64,000 nucleotides of DNA from Phoronis australis (Eukaryota > Animalia > Phoronida). Positions 13,043 to 27,022 of this stretch are shown in pieces. Position 1 is the stretch's first letter, and every line of letters begins with the position of its first letter. The position numbers were made by a program, and so were the translations under genes. The notes under the pieces are model-generated. The model saw only the letters and a program-made list of their open reading frames with translations. It had not been told where the DNA came from and did no database searches. The stretch spans positions 676,627 to 740,626 of the forward strand of contig NMRA01000133.1 in assembly GCA_002633005.1 (NCBI GenBank), in the 5' to 3' direction.

Positions 13043-13367
13043 CTGAACATTTTCTTAGAGCCTCGTAAGCTGCATTGTATCCGTATCCAGGTTCAGTAAT
13101 ATTTAGTCGAGTCTCATGTGCGTGTACAACCAGAACAGCCAGATCATAGCGGTCACCGTCTTCCCATGTCGACGACAAATCTTCTATCTTCTCCGACGCA
13201 CATTCTTCGGATGTCACACGAAAACTAACCATTCTGGGTTCGCCATACTTTGTAAAGTTTCCGCGTTGCGCCTCAACAAGTAAACTCTTGACACAGTCCA
13301 AAGGGTATACATCGTCGAAATTCACCATGAAAACATAAAAGTTGTCAACATCGTCTACGTCCGACAT
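13043..13367 (-). CDS. First coding exon of the same uncharacterised protein (MSDVDD...YEALRKCS-G)
   Basis: gccaagATGt start at 13367. Donor tcaG|gtaaaa after 13043 is phase 1 and matches the phase-1 acceptor at 5667. The join reads ...YDLAVLVVHAHETRLNITEPGYGYNAAYEALRKCS-G-DRVLVVLGGD..., a continuous globular-looking sequence. Confidence 0.82.
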
Positions 13368-16013
13368 CTTGGCTGGTACTGAGTCAGATTCACTGTGGTC
13401 TTCCGACGGATACTGTAACACTCCTGGCTTGTCTTGGCTGTCACGTCAGTTCCGTTTATCAATGTGGGTCACGGGGCGGTTTGTAAAGTGATAAATAGTT
13501 GCTGATTACATCAGCTCAATGTTATTAGACACACCACGGACAAGCACCGGCACAGGTAGCACGTAAACGACGGGTGTGACAGTGTTGTGCGATCAACACT
13601 CAGTCTAAACCTTGAGAGAAAACAAGTCGAAGGAGTCTGTCACACGTGGCTCTAATAACAGCCACTTGTTGCGCTCGATGTGAAGGGGAACAATGAGGCA
13701 TTGTGTCGATTATGTCAAATAACTCTTATAAGCCTATGAAACTCTTCAATAGGTGTTGGTGATCGAAAGAGTTAGGCTAATGCGCGGTAAATAACGTCTT
13801 AATATATCAGCTTGTGTGCTGTAGTAATGCTAAACATGGTTTGTTGATAAAGACCCTTGATGCCGCTTCAATAGCAGTAGAGTGGCCCATGCAAAAATTT
13901 CCATGCTGCAGTTTCTCAGGCTGGCCCATGCCAGTCGGGCAAACGAGAGGATTGTCTGCTTGCGTCCCATCCCAACGGAGCCCGACGATGCATTTGATCA
14001 AAAGATAATCCGACTATATTTTTGAGAGGGGAGCAGACAGATATCAGGTTCGGAAAATGTCAGACTTTTTCAAGTTCCTAGGGATTTGATCCTAAGTAAA
14101 ACACAACCTTTTGTAGGAGATAATTCCACTAACCCGAACCCCCATAGAGCTCCTCGGACAAGGAAATTTTAAGCACCGAGTTAATCCTGAGGTAGCGCTA
14201 ACGCCATGATGTCAAAAAATCAACAGCTTTTGCAAGGTACCACCACAAAACGCATTTTTGTGATTATTGTTAAGTGGGGTTGACTTTTTGGGGTTATGAC
14301 CTTTGACCAGGGCTTTAGATAATAAAATCCGTTGTGGCTCTCAGATTTTATTACAAATCCCAATTTTCGCTGAAGGCTTAAATATCCTTCTACTTTTTAT
14401 CAGCGAGATTTTCATACACTTTTCTGCAACCATTTTAATAGTGTTTTGAACGATAATTAAAACTTTGCAACTTTCGAAGCATCAAAAATATTTTTGGAAA
14501 AAGTGCTCTAAAACCTGTTTTCATTTTTGACAGTATGAATTGTCGAGATATATTCGAAAGAGTTTTATTATGCATGCTAAAAACACAAACATCGAATATT
14601 TGTCTTCGATTTCGTTTTAAGAAGAGAAATCGCTGTAATTGTGCTAACGTTAACGGCCGATAAATAACTCAAACTTTGTGGAAAATAAAACAAACTTATT
14701 TTTCAATCATTTTTAAATCAAAGATAAAGACAAATAAAGTGAAGAAAATCAAAAACGTCAAATTAAAATACAATGCCATCTATCGATTAAAGAGATTTTG
14801 CACCTTTTCTGGTGTAATTTCGCTTGACGCGTGGACGAAACATCCCTCGGAGTTTCATTATTGGGATGTTTGGTGATGACGTAACTACCACTAATATGAC
14901 GAGACATAGACCCACAACTAGACATAGAAATGTGGTCACATCACATTTTCAATATTGTGTAGGTCGTGTACATTTTTTCGATTCAAGTCACTAGGAAGGC
15001 TTGTGAAATGTTTAAAAAATACGTGTTTTGATTAATCGGTGTGCCCATTGTGTTCTCCTAGAGAGTTGATAAGGATTACGATTGACCAGGGTCCAGGGTG
15101 TAATCTTTGAACTCGAGGTCGAACTCGAAATTATTTTTAGCATTTTCTGTTTTACTTTGTGCTAAATACTCCTAGTTCGCACTTGATGACCCCTAGATTC
15201 TAGATAACAGAACTAGAAAAAAAAAATTGAAATTTCAAGTAACATCTCAAACTTATTACTCTAACATTTGTTCTGAATTCCTTAATTCTGGGGTCATCAA
15301 ATACAACCTAGAATTAGACAGCTATCCTTGTAAACTGTTATGTAATACAACACCGTCATAACAGACAGTCACGTTGAGTTCGTACAAAAGGAGAATAATT
15401 TTATGGCAAAGTAATAATTTTCGAAGTGCTTAGTAATTTTGGCATTTTAATTTTATTTGATTGGGTCCAAAACGTCAAAGTGACGTCATACTAAACAAGC
15501 GAAAAGGAAGTCACTGAGCAGTAAAAAGGCACAAACACAATCACGTTTGACGTGTGGAACGGGCGCGTTACCGCATCCACCTTTTTGTTGATTGCCGCCA
15601 TTTTGATATGCGCAAGTGTTCTTGGAAGATTTTTGGTGTTTGGAGAAGATTCCCCAGTAACACACCTGTAAAGTGCTGTGTGTGACTGGTAACCAAAGCG
15701 AACAAAAGGAAAGACATGTTCAAATCCAATTATAAATTTTGACTATCACTTGCTGTTTTAGTAAATTGTGAAAAAGTATACTAAGATGATCAAATTTCAT
15801 TAATAATATACGTAAATGTATAACAATTTTTAATCTTCTGTGTTATAGAAACAACGCAATTCGCCAAAATCATAAAATCGTTTCTAAAATGGGAGAAAAA
15901 TATTTTAGTGAAATAGCCTGAGTTTATCTGATTGTTCATTTTCCGACCAATGTCAGCTCATCTTTTTGCACTTGTAAAGTTTTTTAGTTTTCCATTTTAA
16001 TTTAAACAAACAC

Positions 16014-16170
16014 CTGGGTAGAGTTCAGTATCTCCAGGGCTTACGCTAGGACCTCACGAAAAGGTGTGACTTCGCGAGATTATGTGAGATATTATGGTGT
16101 ATTTCAAATGAGAACACGAGATTTGGGCTAGTTTTTTCTAGCTGCGAGAGAGCTACTGAACTCTATCCTG
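16014..16170. mobile_element. ~155-bp MITE, family B
   Basis: TIR gggtagagttcagta...tactgaactctatcc; internal ctaggacctc...ttcgcgagatta...gagaacacgaga shared with copies at 28724, 41917 and 50545. Confidence 0.8.
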
Positions 16171-17969
16171 CTTTGATTTCGGAAATATCCGAAAGAGCGA
16201 CTCAGCGCCCCTAGCGAGTGTTCTTTTCCTGAAAATTGCTGATGGAAATATTGGCATTATTTCGGAAGCAGTTTACTTTTTGAAAGCTAAGAAAAGCTGA
16301 ATGCCATATGCAAGGTATTCCTTTAACGATGAAAACGTGTATTGTCACTCCGATAACACAAAAACAGCAATGGAAACGAATAATAACAAACGCAAAAGTT
16401 ACCATTCAGTCTAAAAGTTCAAAATATTGGCTAAAAATGCACGATTGAGATTAAAGTCACGAGGTGATTTTTCTTAAAAGTCACTAAGAGCTATTTAAAA
16501 TCCAGCGTCATGCAAATTCCTGCTTTTGGGGTGCATTTTTGGGGAATTTTTAAAAAAAATAAAGTGCTTGATGCATGAACAAAAGACCAGACGTGCCGAG
16601 CGAGTCTGAATCGCTCATTGGCAAGAATCTTCAATGCATTGCGCGAGCCCAATAGCAGTGCATAGTTTTAAATGATGGGGTGCACCAGAGCAACAATTTG
16701 AAACATTATTTTATTATGCATTTGGTTCGCGTATAGGCGCAAGCACCTAATTCCGACTATAGACGTGTCTTCGAATGAGGGCACATGGGCCTAAATACGA
16801 GCATATACCATACAAATAAAACTTTGATGGACTGTCGTAAAATATCGCATTCTAAAAATCTTAGAAGGCTTTCTGTCGCAGAAACTGTCATTCCGAAGTT
16901 AACGGTTTCTATTTTGGTTAGGCTACTTCGGTGTCTCTTGCATTAAGCAAAACTATTTAATTTTTCCACGTTAACGATAATGTTTCTCTGATGTCGGATA
17001 TATAGCAAGCTTCAAGCATCAAGAAATTCGCGAAAGTGTAAAAACTGTGAGTCAAAGTGTCGTGGCTTTTTGGAATATCGGCCCTTCGAACTCTTGCCCG
17101 CTGTCGGCCAGGCGAATTTCATTTCGCACTCTCGCTCCTTCGGACTATCGATCTAACCTTCAAATAGTTTTTGATTTTTGTGTGCGATAAATAATGTTGA
17201 AACAATTTTTTAAGCTTTTGAACATCCAATAAATTAAGCTTATTCAATAACGCGTCGTATACCATACACGCGAATCCCATAGTGAATTACCCAAACTGCT
17301 TTGTATGACCGGTGACGCCACCCAACGAATAATTTACGAACTACTATCAATTATAAGGGGTATTATCAAGCCGTTGTATCACAGGAAGTCAATGCCCAGT
17401 AAAAAGGTACAACTTATCGATGTAGCCCCCTCGTGAACCGTGCTTGCTCGTAAATCGCATAAAGTTTAAGATAACGTAGTTTAAGAAGAAACAAAATACA
17501 CGTAGAATTGTTTTATTTTTAAACGAACACTGACATTTAAATTTGAAACATCTTTGATTTAACACATTCATAAGCGTAGACCTTATAAAAACATCGTCAT
17601 CTTGGTACGTTTTCTGCAAAGGGGAGAAAAAAGCATGCATTTTTTAACTCGGGGCAATGACTAAAACTTTGAACGGTACCTAAGGCAACCTTTCGTATAG
17701 TCTTGGTGCAAAGCTGTAGGTCCATAAATATACAGCTTTGGACAGGTGTGGAAACAAAACTGACCAACTAATAATTGACACAAAATTAATTTGATTACAA
17801 AACCAAATTTTCCTGAGTAAACTTAGCTACCGGTGCTGAAAATTGCCGTTATACCGTTATACTGCTGCTAAATTTGTGGAGCGACCTACGTCGGCTTTCA
17901 GCAACGTGTCATAGAGCGTCACCTATTGGCCGATTTCTTTTTCGCGAATTCTTCAATCTGCTGTGCGTG

Positions 17970-18356
17970 AACTTAGAAACTTGTTAATCTCAAGATCGCG
18001 CATGCGTGAACTTAGAATACATGAGGATAGGTGATTAGTTCACTCTAATAATAACGTTCACGTCGCTATAAATTTGGATTACACTAAATCAAATTACATT
18101 TTTATAAAATAACGTAAATTTTAACCAACTTCTTTAACTATTGGCTATCTTATTCACTAAACAATAATTAATTTAACCATTCACATATTCCTATGATTCT
18201 TTGACACAAGTTGCGGTAATGGAGAAAATGGGTGATCATGAGACAAACAATTACAAAATTCTGAAAATGAACAAAAAATTCATCTAATTGCCGAAATGAA
18301 TATTCAATTCCACGTTCACGCATACGCGATCTTGAGATTAAGCAGGATTCTAAGTT
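17970..18356. mobile_element. MITE with ~43-bp imperfect TIRs
   Basis: aacttagaa...ttaatctcaagatcgcgcatgcgtgaac versus gttcacgcatacgcgatcttgagattaa...ttctaagtt; a lone end also occurs near 46303-46335. Confidence 0.8.
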
Positions 18357-18692
18357 CCCACAGATAAACTCTTCTTCCTCCATGAGGTAGCGTACATGTC
18401 CATCAAGTTATCAGTTGCCATCATCTCCCGAAAGATGTCTCACAAAATTAGTACCAAATGGCGTGTACGCGTGTCACGAGCCTAATGTTTTCTGGTCTTT
18501 TCCTTGTTACAAAAAACAGAAAATTATGCAAGAAAATGACGGTTTTATGCTGTTTTTTTATTTACACGTAGCAAGCAAGATGGGTGTCCGTTGACTCCCA
18601 GATTTTGCATGCATCCCACACACTCTACATGTTGTTACATTCAGTCTTCAGGTCGCCGCAGCCCTGACTAGTGCCCTAGATGAGGTACCTGC

Positions 18693-19249
18693 TTGAGAAT
18701 GAGTCGTTAGATTCAAGAAGTCAAGATTGGCAGTGATTGGAACGAAGCTCATTTGTAAACAATGTAATCAATGTTTTATGTTTTAAGAACTATTCAACTC
18801 TTGCATACAATTTAAATGGTTACTAAATGGATACGAAAACAATATTTCATTCAATGTCATTTCCGACTCATTAGAAGACAACCAGAGTAATGAATTGTCG
18901 GAGTGGTGAAAATTCAGAGTAGCGGACTTTCCGAGAAATGAACCTTCGGAATAGTGAAACGTAACCTTGGGAATCTTTTGCATCATGTTAGTTTCTCGTA
19001 TGTAGTTTGCGAGAATGTGCACAATTGTCACTGATGGACAAAGGCACGTTTTCTTTATTAACTAAAGTTTTATTTGGTCTAGACTTGCTTTTCTGAAATA
19101 CTTTGAACATGCTCGTTGCCTAAGTGCAAGTTAATGTCTGTTTTTTTGTTTGAGCAACGACAGAAGACTGCCTATACATGCAGTACCGTCGGCGTGTACT
19201 AGATTTGAAAGAATGAAAACGCACACATGCGTACACCCGCATGCATGTC
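18693..19249 (+). repeat. Dispersed ~560-bp repeat, copy 1 (copy 2 at 63434-64000)
   Basis: Colinear shared blocks: ttgagaatgagtc, tttgtaaacaatgt, gaactattcaactcttgca, ttccgactcattag, gaaccttcgga, gcatgcatgtc. Confidence 0.85.
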
Positions 19250-19542
19250 AGTCCACCAATCGACAATGAAAGTGGACACTGGATGAACAACAATCAATTG
19301 ACGATCACTCTCAATTCTAAATTTGAAATGCCTGCACCTTGCCCTACTATGCTAGCAAGTACACCAAAATAGCAGATAACCATCACATTTTCTGCTGTTT
19401 TGTTTCTTGGTTGATTTTAAGAAGTTCATGACACACTACTTTTTGAGAGCTATTTCGCTGTTTTAAAGCTTAGCTAGTTATAGACATTTACTTCTAGAAT
19501 CCCTTGTTACCTTATGATATATCGTTTGCTAAACGGGTGAAG

Positions 19543-19788
19543 GTTACGCCGTTAAATTACGTGCGTAACATAATTCTTGTTACAGGCGTAATTAAGTGCG
19601 GCATAAATAAATAATCGGTGACATAAAGTAATTATTTGCGGAGTAAACAAAATATTTGTGGAGTAAAGTAACCTTTAGCGCTACAAATACTTACTTTACA
19701 TCGTCATGTAATAATTACTTTACGGCGTAAATAATTACTTTACGCCTCTAACGAGAATCAACTTCCGCACGTAATTTAACGGCGTAAC
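19543..19788. mobile_element. MITE with perfect 23-bp TIRs and internal ~21-bp subrepeats
   Basis: gttacgccgttaaattacgtgcg ... cgcacgtaatttaacggcgtaac. Confidence 0.85.
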
Positions 19789-20047
19789 GTTCTCTCATTT
19801 GGCCAACGATAATATCGACGATAATGGTGTAGCAACCACGCACGTTTAATGTCAATGAATGACATAAAGCTTCCTCTAATCGTCTGTACGATCCTGTCAT
19901 CCAAACACCACTCGGGCGAAGTTGTGCCCTGGGGCCGGGTAGGGCCCGATGATTAAACGAAGCGCTTTGAATAAGAAGCAAATTCGTCTAACTTAGTTAT
20001 ACATGTAGTTATAGTTAGTACTACCAGTAGTTGCAATAATTTTGTTG

Positions 20048-21285
20048 TTACTCTGTGCGTGTAAGCACAGAGTACTGTTGTTCCTGAGTTTTCTTCAATT
20101 TTATTCTTCTTCTTCTTATTCTTCTTCCGACCAAATTTGAGGCTTAATAACTCCAAAATGGGTGCAGATATGTTCTTTAAATTCTGCATGTGATTTTTGG
20201 CAGTACACGAATTTTGATTCGTTATATAATCATATTCCATATTGCACCGGAAGAGGTCATTTGGTGCAAAGGTCATGTAATTTTCAAAATGCTACCTCTT
20301 CTTCATTTTTAAAGCTATTCTTTTCAAATTCGGTGCACAAAGTCAATAAGGCAATTTAAAAACTTACTTTTCTAAGTAATTGGGTCATCCTATCATGTGA
20401 AATAGGTCAAAGGTCATTAGGTGCAAACTAAAATTTTGAGCTAGACACTTCAAATTCACAGGTCTGATTGGCACAGGTAATTCAATTTGAAATCCAAAGT
20501 TTCAGGTCATTTAATCCAAACATGGATTCATTAGGTGCATTTTTCTTCTGAAATTTTGACCTTTTCAATCAGCCAGTGTTCTGATGTGTCAACCGTTAGA
20601 CAACTGTGATTCTCAGCATTAAACAAATTTTATGGGCTTTGCAATAATTCTCCATAAGACGCTTATAAATGCACCGGATAGGGTCAATTAGTGCAAAGGT
20701 CATGTAACGTTCAAAATTTTATATCTCTTACGTTTTTCAAGGAATTCTTTTCAATTTCAGCACACTGGTGTAAGTCAACATGCCAATTGAATACCCTACT
20801 TTACTTTGCAATAGGCTTAACCAATCAGAAAAAATAGGTCAAAGGTTATTGAGTGCAAACTAAAATTTTGAGCTAGAGACTTCAAAATTAGATATCTGTT
20901 TATTAAGTGCGATTGAGTTTGAATTCTAAATTTTCAGGTCATTTGGTGCACCCATGGGGTCATTAGGTGCATTTTTCTTCTGAAAGTTTGACCAATTCAT
21001 TCATCTTGTATTCTGAAGTGCTTAAAATAAAACATCTGTGATTTTTAGCATTAACCACACTTTTAATCGAGTTTACAATTCTCTCATCTTGGCTCATAAT
21101 GCACCGGAAGAGGTCAATTAGTGGAAAGGTCATCAAAATATTAACATGTAATTTCTCCTACAATTTTAACGAATTAATTTTCATATTGGTAAAGGGGTTG
21201 GTGTCAGTAACATCCCATAACAATTCCAGTAATACGCACGCGCAGAGTCCACTATTGTCACGCCGTGACAATAATCCTTCTAGTT
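20048..21285 (+). mobile_element. Non-autonomous Helentron/HINE-like element with ~430-bp internal tandem units
   Basis: 5' hairpin actctgtgc-gtgtaa-gcacagagt; 3' subterminal inverted copy gcacgcgcagagt; 3' stem-loop attgtcacg-c-cgtgacaat then CTAGTT; unit marker tgcaccgga...ggtca at ~20243, ~20670 and ~21100. Confidence 0.72.
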
Positions 21286-23439
21286 GTTGTTGTTGTTGTC
21301 CATCTATACCCTATCTCTAACGGATAGCTGGGGCTGGACCTTTTCCGCGTGAACCCCCCGAACGCCCCCCCGGCTACGGGCCTGCGGTAAGAAAGTGTCT
21401 GTTACCGAACAAAACCTTTATTTAAAAAATGTCGTTCTTTTAAAGAGGCATGGGACGCAAAAGCTCGTCAAAAATATCTTTTAAACAATTCTTGACGAAA
21501 GTACCATCTCGCAACGTCTAGAGCAGAGTAATTCGCTTTCCCCTGTGAGGAAATTTCCAGAAAAAAATCACAAAATTTACGAATTTTGAAATACGCGCGA
21601 AGGAAAAACTGTGTGGTTACCACAGAGTTCTAATTTACCCCCACTTTTGATAAATGTGCACATGCGCTCACAGTCAGTTGCTTGAAGTCGCTCGAGGTCA
21701 AAGGTCACATTTTCCATATAAGGGAAATGCGCAACGTCTATGTCTTGTCATACCAATTAAGGAGACGTGCTTTGCCTTGTGGGAGAAAAATCGACGAAGG
21801 GGCAAGCAGTTGATAGGCCATTTTTTGAATTTGAAACTAAGAGGAAATGCTTTGATATGAATTGAATTTAAAAATACTTACGAACAAACCCTAAACCTGG
21901 TGAGCAGGTTGATATCTGTATCAGTGGCAGACAACCACTTTCAATATTGCAATTTAGTCTGTTGATCACGTTCCAGGCCTCTGGATTTGAATGTGACATA
22001 GATGTAGGCCCTAGTATATTGAGTACAGCGTTCAGACGTAGAATTTTTATAAGATGGCAGATAAAACGTCAAATTCTTAGAATGGCATCTTATCTACCGT
22101 CTTACGAGTAATTAGCGTAACATCAATATGCAAATTGCCCATGTTCTGGCCAATGACCACACAGGTGAACAGAACCTAATCATAAATTCCGTCATGGAAG
22201 TTTAGGCCACTTGCGAAGGCAGATCCACCATTTGGTTTGGGGTAAGACGATCAAAAGGCATGTCAGATATCTGATGAACGTTCACACGTGAATTGTTCAC
22301 GCGCGAATCACTGGGCGCAAAAGGGTTAAAACTTTTAGCCCAGAACATGTATAAGCAATAGAATGTCAGTGTCTGTCTGTAATCTGGTATTTTTTGTTAT
22401 CTTTAGAGAATGTAGACTGAATCAACAAACTCGCGGGACTTTATTTACTGTCTCAAAACGGGTCGGTACACTCGCACATCAGGGAGAGCACGCAATTTTT
22501 TTAGCATTAGTATTTTTTGTAACTGCTATTCCATATCACTTGTTTGTGAGTCTTACTCTGATGTTTTCGTTTAGATTAAGTTTAACACTGCATACTGATG
22601 ATATTTTCAATATGAAGAAATTCAATTTTAATCAAACATCCCTCGGAAAATGTGAAATCAGTGAGTGAACAAAGTCTACAAATGCGCTGAAAGTCCCTAT
22701 AGGAATTGTTTCATGCAAGACAGCACACGTTCTTTGAATTTTCTTAGAAGTAATATGTTAATCATTAATTATTGAAGTTAAATAATATTTATACATACCG
22801 TCAGCTTTTTCCGAGTCCAAAAACCGCCTCTTAACTGAGTAAGAAACAAATTGGGACCCGTTTTATAAATTATTTTTTACGCAAGTTTGCAGTCGCTTTT
22901 AACTAATTTCAAAACAAATGTGTACCCTCCAACCAATCGGCGAACATTTTACTTAATCACCGGGCATGCGCAACTTTTGTCTCTGTGTTCAGAGTGTGAA
23001 CCCCGGGAACTGAGGGAGCACGACCTTTGCTGTTTGCACATGCGCTACTCAGTGCCGTATTTTCATGAAGATGAGGCGCGTTCTTTATTACGCTACCTTC
23101 TTGATAAAGGAAGGGGTAAACTTAGTTTTGCTGTATACAAACACTTGCACGCATGGGCAAGATATGTCTTGAACTTATGATTCAGCATTCGTTGTATCGA
23201 AAGTGGCGTATGTCACGTTCTCCGTGAACCACGTGACAAGTTGGCGCTCCACAAAAGTCGGGTCCACTTGATGCTAAAGAAGGTTTCTCTGGTTGACGGT
23301 ATGAAGCAAGATCCAGTGTAGGATTACACACTCAGGACCGTCTGTTTGTTGTAGTAACCACGACAGTTCCGTCGCGCTCGACAGCAAAACATTGACCAGC
23401 AGCTACATTCCAGGGTCACCAGAACGCTGAACACCCCTA

Positions 23440-23605
23440 CCAATTTCTTCAGTTTGCAAGTAGTCGGATTGACATTTTTCTATTGTCAGCAACGTGATCG
23501 GTGATCAAGTAGCTGTTTTTTAACCACGCTGTCAGTTCAAAAGAACCATTCTGACGTGATCACACGGAGGTGTTATGCCGAGGGTCATTGTCGAGAACCA
23601 GGGTG
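23440..23605 (+). other. Candidate non-coding leader exon for the INF2-like gene (5' end uncertain)
   Basis: Strong donor GTG|gtaagc at 23606 and initiator-like TCAGTT motifs upstream; variable exon V1 begins with an acceptor and needs an upstream exon. Confidence 0.3.
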
Positions 23606-25653
23606 GTAAGCTACACAGTTTGAAATTTTGTGTCAAAAAGACGTCAATTTAACTTGCGGCAACGTAGAAGGCAATCGCCAATACCCACTAAAATGCGCTC
23701 GTGATTCAGTTTGCTTTCGACACATGGTGTATTGACTTAAATCAGTAATATTCGAGCATTTGAGTCGTGAAAGTGTTTAACTTCAGAACTGAACCATGTA
23801 TTCTCACATGGCAATTCTCACACAATGACGAGTTTGGCTTAGTGGGTATAGAATGTATGCCTTTCGAAGAATTTTTATCTTTCTGGGCGTTAATGGTTGT
23901 AACGCCCTAGGTCGTGGACATGCTTTGACTGTTAATGTCACTTTTATGTTTTCCAGTTACACTACTGAGAATTATGTCCTTGTCCCTCATATTCGGAATT
24001 TGGCACTAGGCGCTAAGAAAGTTACACATGTTATGTTTTATTCAAAAGTAGCATAGAAAGAAATCTTGTGTGAAATACAATCCATCGGACATATTTTGTT
24101 GATTACAATTTCTTGCTTTCAATCGACACTTGAAAATCTACCTAGCTATTGAAATTTAAAATTCCAGCACACACGGTTAGCTCATGGATCTACATGTTTT
24201 GATAGCAGCCGGGCAGGCCCGGGGGTCTTACAAGGGGCAACTTGTTTTTACACGTCCCCTGTATGATTAGCAAAGCTTACAAACGAGATCTCGTCTATCG
24301 AATGCAAATATTAGCTTCGATTCCTCTTCCATCCTGTCTGAAAATACCTGAAGACAACTGTGACTGATGACGATGAACTCGCGGGTGGCTCAGTGTAACG
24401 TTGTAATTCATGTTTACACACAACGGCTCATTGATTTATTGATTTGTTTTATACATTTGATTTCTATTGAGGAATCGATTTTTCTCTGCAATATAATGAC
24501 GACCCTGCTGTATTCAGCCATCATGAAGCTCGCTCAGCGAAAAGACGAAACCCGGTCCTTACAAAACGTAAGCCCCAAGGACAATTTCGTTTAGGAAACA
24601 ATAAACCTCTTTCCTTCCATTTGATTCTCACTCTGCAAAAAAATATAGATAGGATTCATAATCGCCAAGTACTCGTATTACCTAAAAACACCAGGCGCTA
24701 GATAATTGACGCCGAGAAAAGGCATAGGGAATAAACGTGCAGTGGATACATTATGCCCACGGCGGCCTTTATGTCCACTAACAAAATGATTGCTTAGCTG
24801 GCAGCGACTGATGTATCTATTGGCTTTAAACAATGAGGCAAATCAAACTCTTACTACGGGTTGCACAACTATTACCACGGAACAGAACTTCTGCCAACTT
24901 TCACAAAGCATCTACAGCGTGTACCGTGAAATGTCTTATCGCGGCAGCTGAACTGCAATCACTCACAAGACCCCCCCCCCTCCACTCAATTAAGTGCCAT
25001 GAACAAATGAGACAATTGTATACTGGTCGTCCGGGGCAGCTGTCCTGTAGTCCGGACGGAGTGGTGATTCATGGAAACTGGGTCTGACGCTTTGGTCCCG
25101 TGAGGGCTCCCATGGAAAGCAATGTAAACTGATGGGGTTACCCTCATTGTAAATATTACGTTAATTAACAAATCAATAAATAAATACTTGACTTGTCCTC
25201 CATAAGACTCGTTGCCAAAAATCCGAGAACTGGGTCATGTGGTAGCGGGTGGTGGAGTCGCAATGTCACGCTGTCAATTGAAGTAGCGTCACCGATCAAT
25301 TTGGACGGAAGAATGTGGTCACGTGTTGTTAACATATGACTAGCAGATATTTTAATTTTTTCGGTATAAAACAAACGGGGGAGCCGCTAGACTTCGAGGC
25401 AAAATAGCTAAAAGATGTCATTGGGCATTATGTATATGAGATATACAGTTTGTGATCGTTTAATTGGCAGGGGAGAGTTTTTCATTTCCACAATCGGCAA
25501 AACCCAAGAAATTTCGATAAAAATGCTTCCGGTTGTTTCGAGCATGCGGCCGAAAGCTACACAGCGATGTTGAACGTTAACGTTGCCTTGGATACTACCA
25601 GTTGTATGCATACACAAAAGTAAGCATATATATAACGTGGTTTGTTTCATTTA

Positions 25654-25808
25654 GAACTTTCACGCTATTTCCTTATCTCTGTCATTGCTTGGTCAAATTA
25701 GTTAGAAACACAACATATAGCGACGATGTGAACACGTGAATATGAAGTAGATTGAAAATTGGGAACGAGTTTTGTGTAGAAAATGATCCGCCGTAAATCA
25801 CTCAACCG
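25654..25808 (-). repeat. Dispersed repeat, inverted relative to the copy at 42466-42625
   Basis: gaaaatgatccgccgtaaatcactcaaccg is the reverse complement of cggttgagtgatttacggcggatcattttc; flanks also align. Confidence 0.8.
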
Positions 25809-27022
25809 TGTCATGTAAGTATCGGGACGCGGTGTTGGGAATAAGAATGCATGATGCGAGCTAGTGTGTGAGCCCCCAAGGTACGTCATTAGTGCAAAGG
25901 TCACCTATTTCCAGAATTTTTGTTTTCACATTTCAAGTTGTCAATCAATACAACTGCGCTTTGTTTAGCGTAGATGATGTTCAAATAGTATTGTCCTTTA
26001 GTTCCCGCCATACATTTACATAGTTAGCAGCATGCAAATACATTTTTAAGACTTTCTATTCAAATGCAAATAATTATGTTCGTCGTAGCCAGCCGACTGG
26101 CCGATGTTCTCTTTTGTGACGCTGCGTACATCATGGAATTCCTTCAGAATTAGATTGCTATTTTAGAATGCTCGATTTTTCGCCAACTCTTCGCGAATCT
26201 TCGCGGAAAGCAACCCTTAAACGGTTCCTTGATGTTAAAGTAATTTTGTTACAGTGTGTAATTTTATCATCAATATATTTTTACATGTATGGTGCGGCTT
26301 TTCTCGGAAATCTGACACTTTTGTCCCCGGCTTTTGTCCTGTGACGAAGCAAGTCTCAACACTCTGGTTTCGAAATGCCACATATTTACTCAACCAAATG
26401 ACTGCTAGAGCAAATAATTTACAAGAAAACGCCCGACACGTTGATTTGAGACAGTTGATTACTTGCGGTCATTGTCTTTGTTTGCATCACGTGATCGAGT
26501 GGGCGCAGCGATAATCAGTTTAACGACTAGTCAATTCAGTAATTGCAAAAGCTAACAAACTAGATGACACTACATAATAAAACAGGAGAAGAATGTTGAA
26601 AATATGGCCGAGAAATTTTGTCGGTGAATTAGGACGAGAACCAAGGAATAATCGTGTCTGTAACTCAATGAAGTTGTCACTGCTAGCTGTGTAATCTGAT
26701 GATGGAATTCCTACAAACAAGTTGCCCATAGATATTTGTTGGAAAACATTCTGATCAGGTTTTAGACCAATAGGCAGTAGGCCGAGTTTTATAGGGCTTC
26801 TAGAATATAACTTTTTGTTGCTACTTTTGGGGCCAATTTTATTCGGTGTTTTTTAATTCATTTACTAGTGTGCTTTCAAAATCTAAAAAGTCCCTGCATA
26901 TCAAGTTGCACGTTTTTACCGCGTCGTCCACGATATATCAAAGTTATTTTGGGAGATCTCAAAGGAATAAATAACTTTACCACGTTATTGTCTATAAAAA
27001 TTGCGAAAAAACAAAGTTTCAG

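Noticed and set aside
15470-15620. Promoter call from TGACGTCA and CCGCCATTTT motifs
   Set aside because: Short motifs that recur elsewhere in the window, including in repeats; no linked exon could be assigned.
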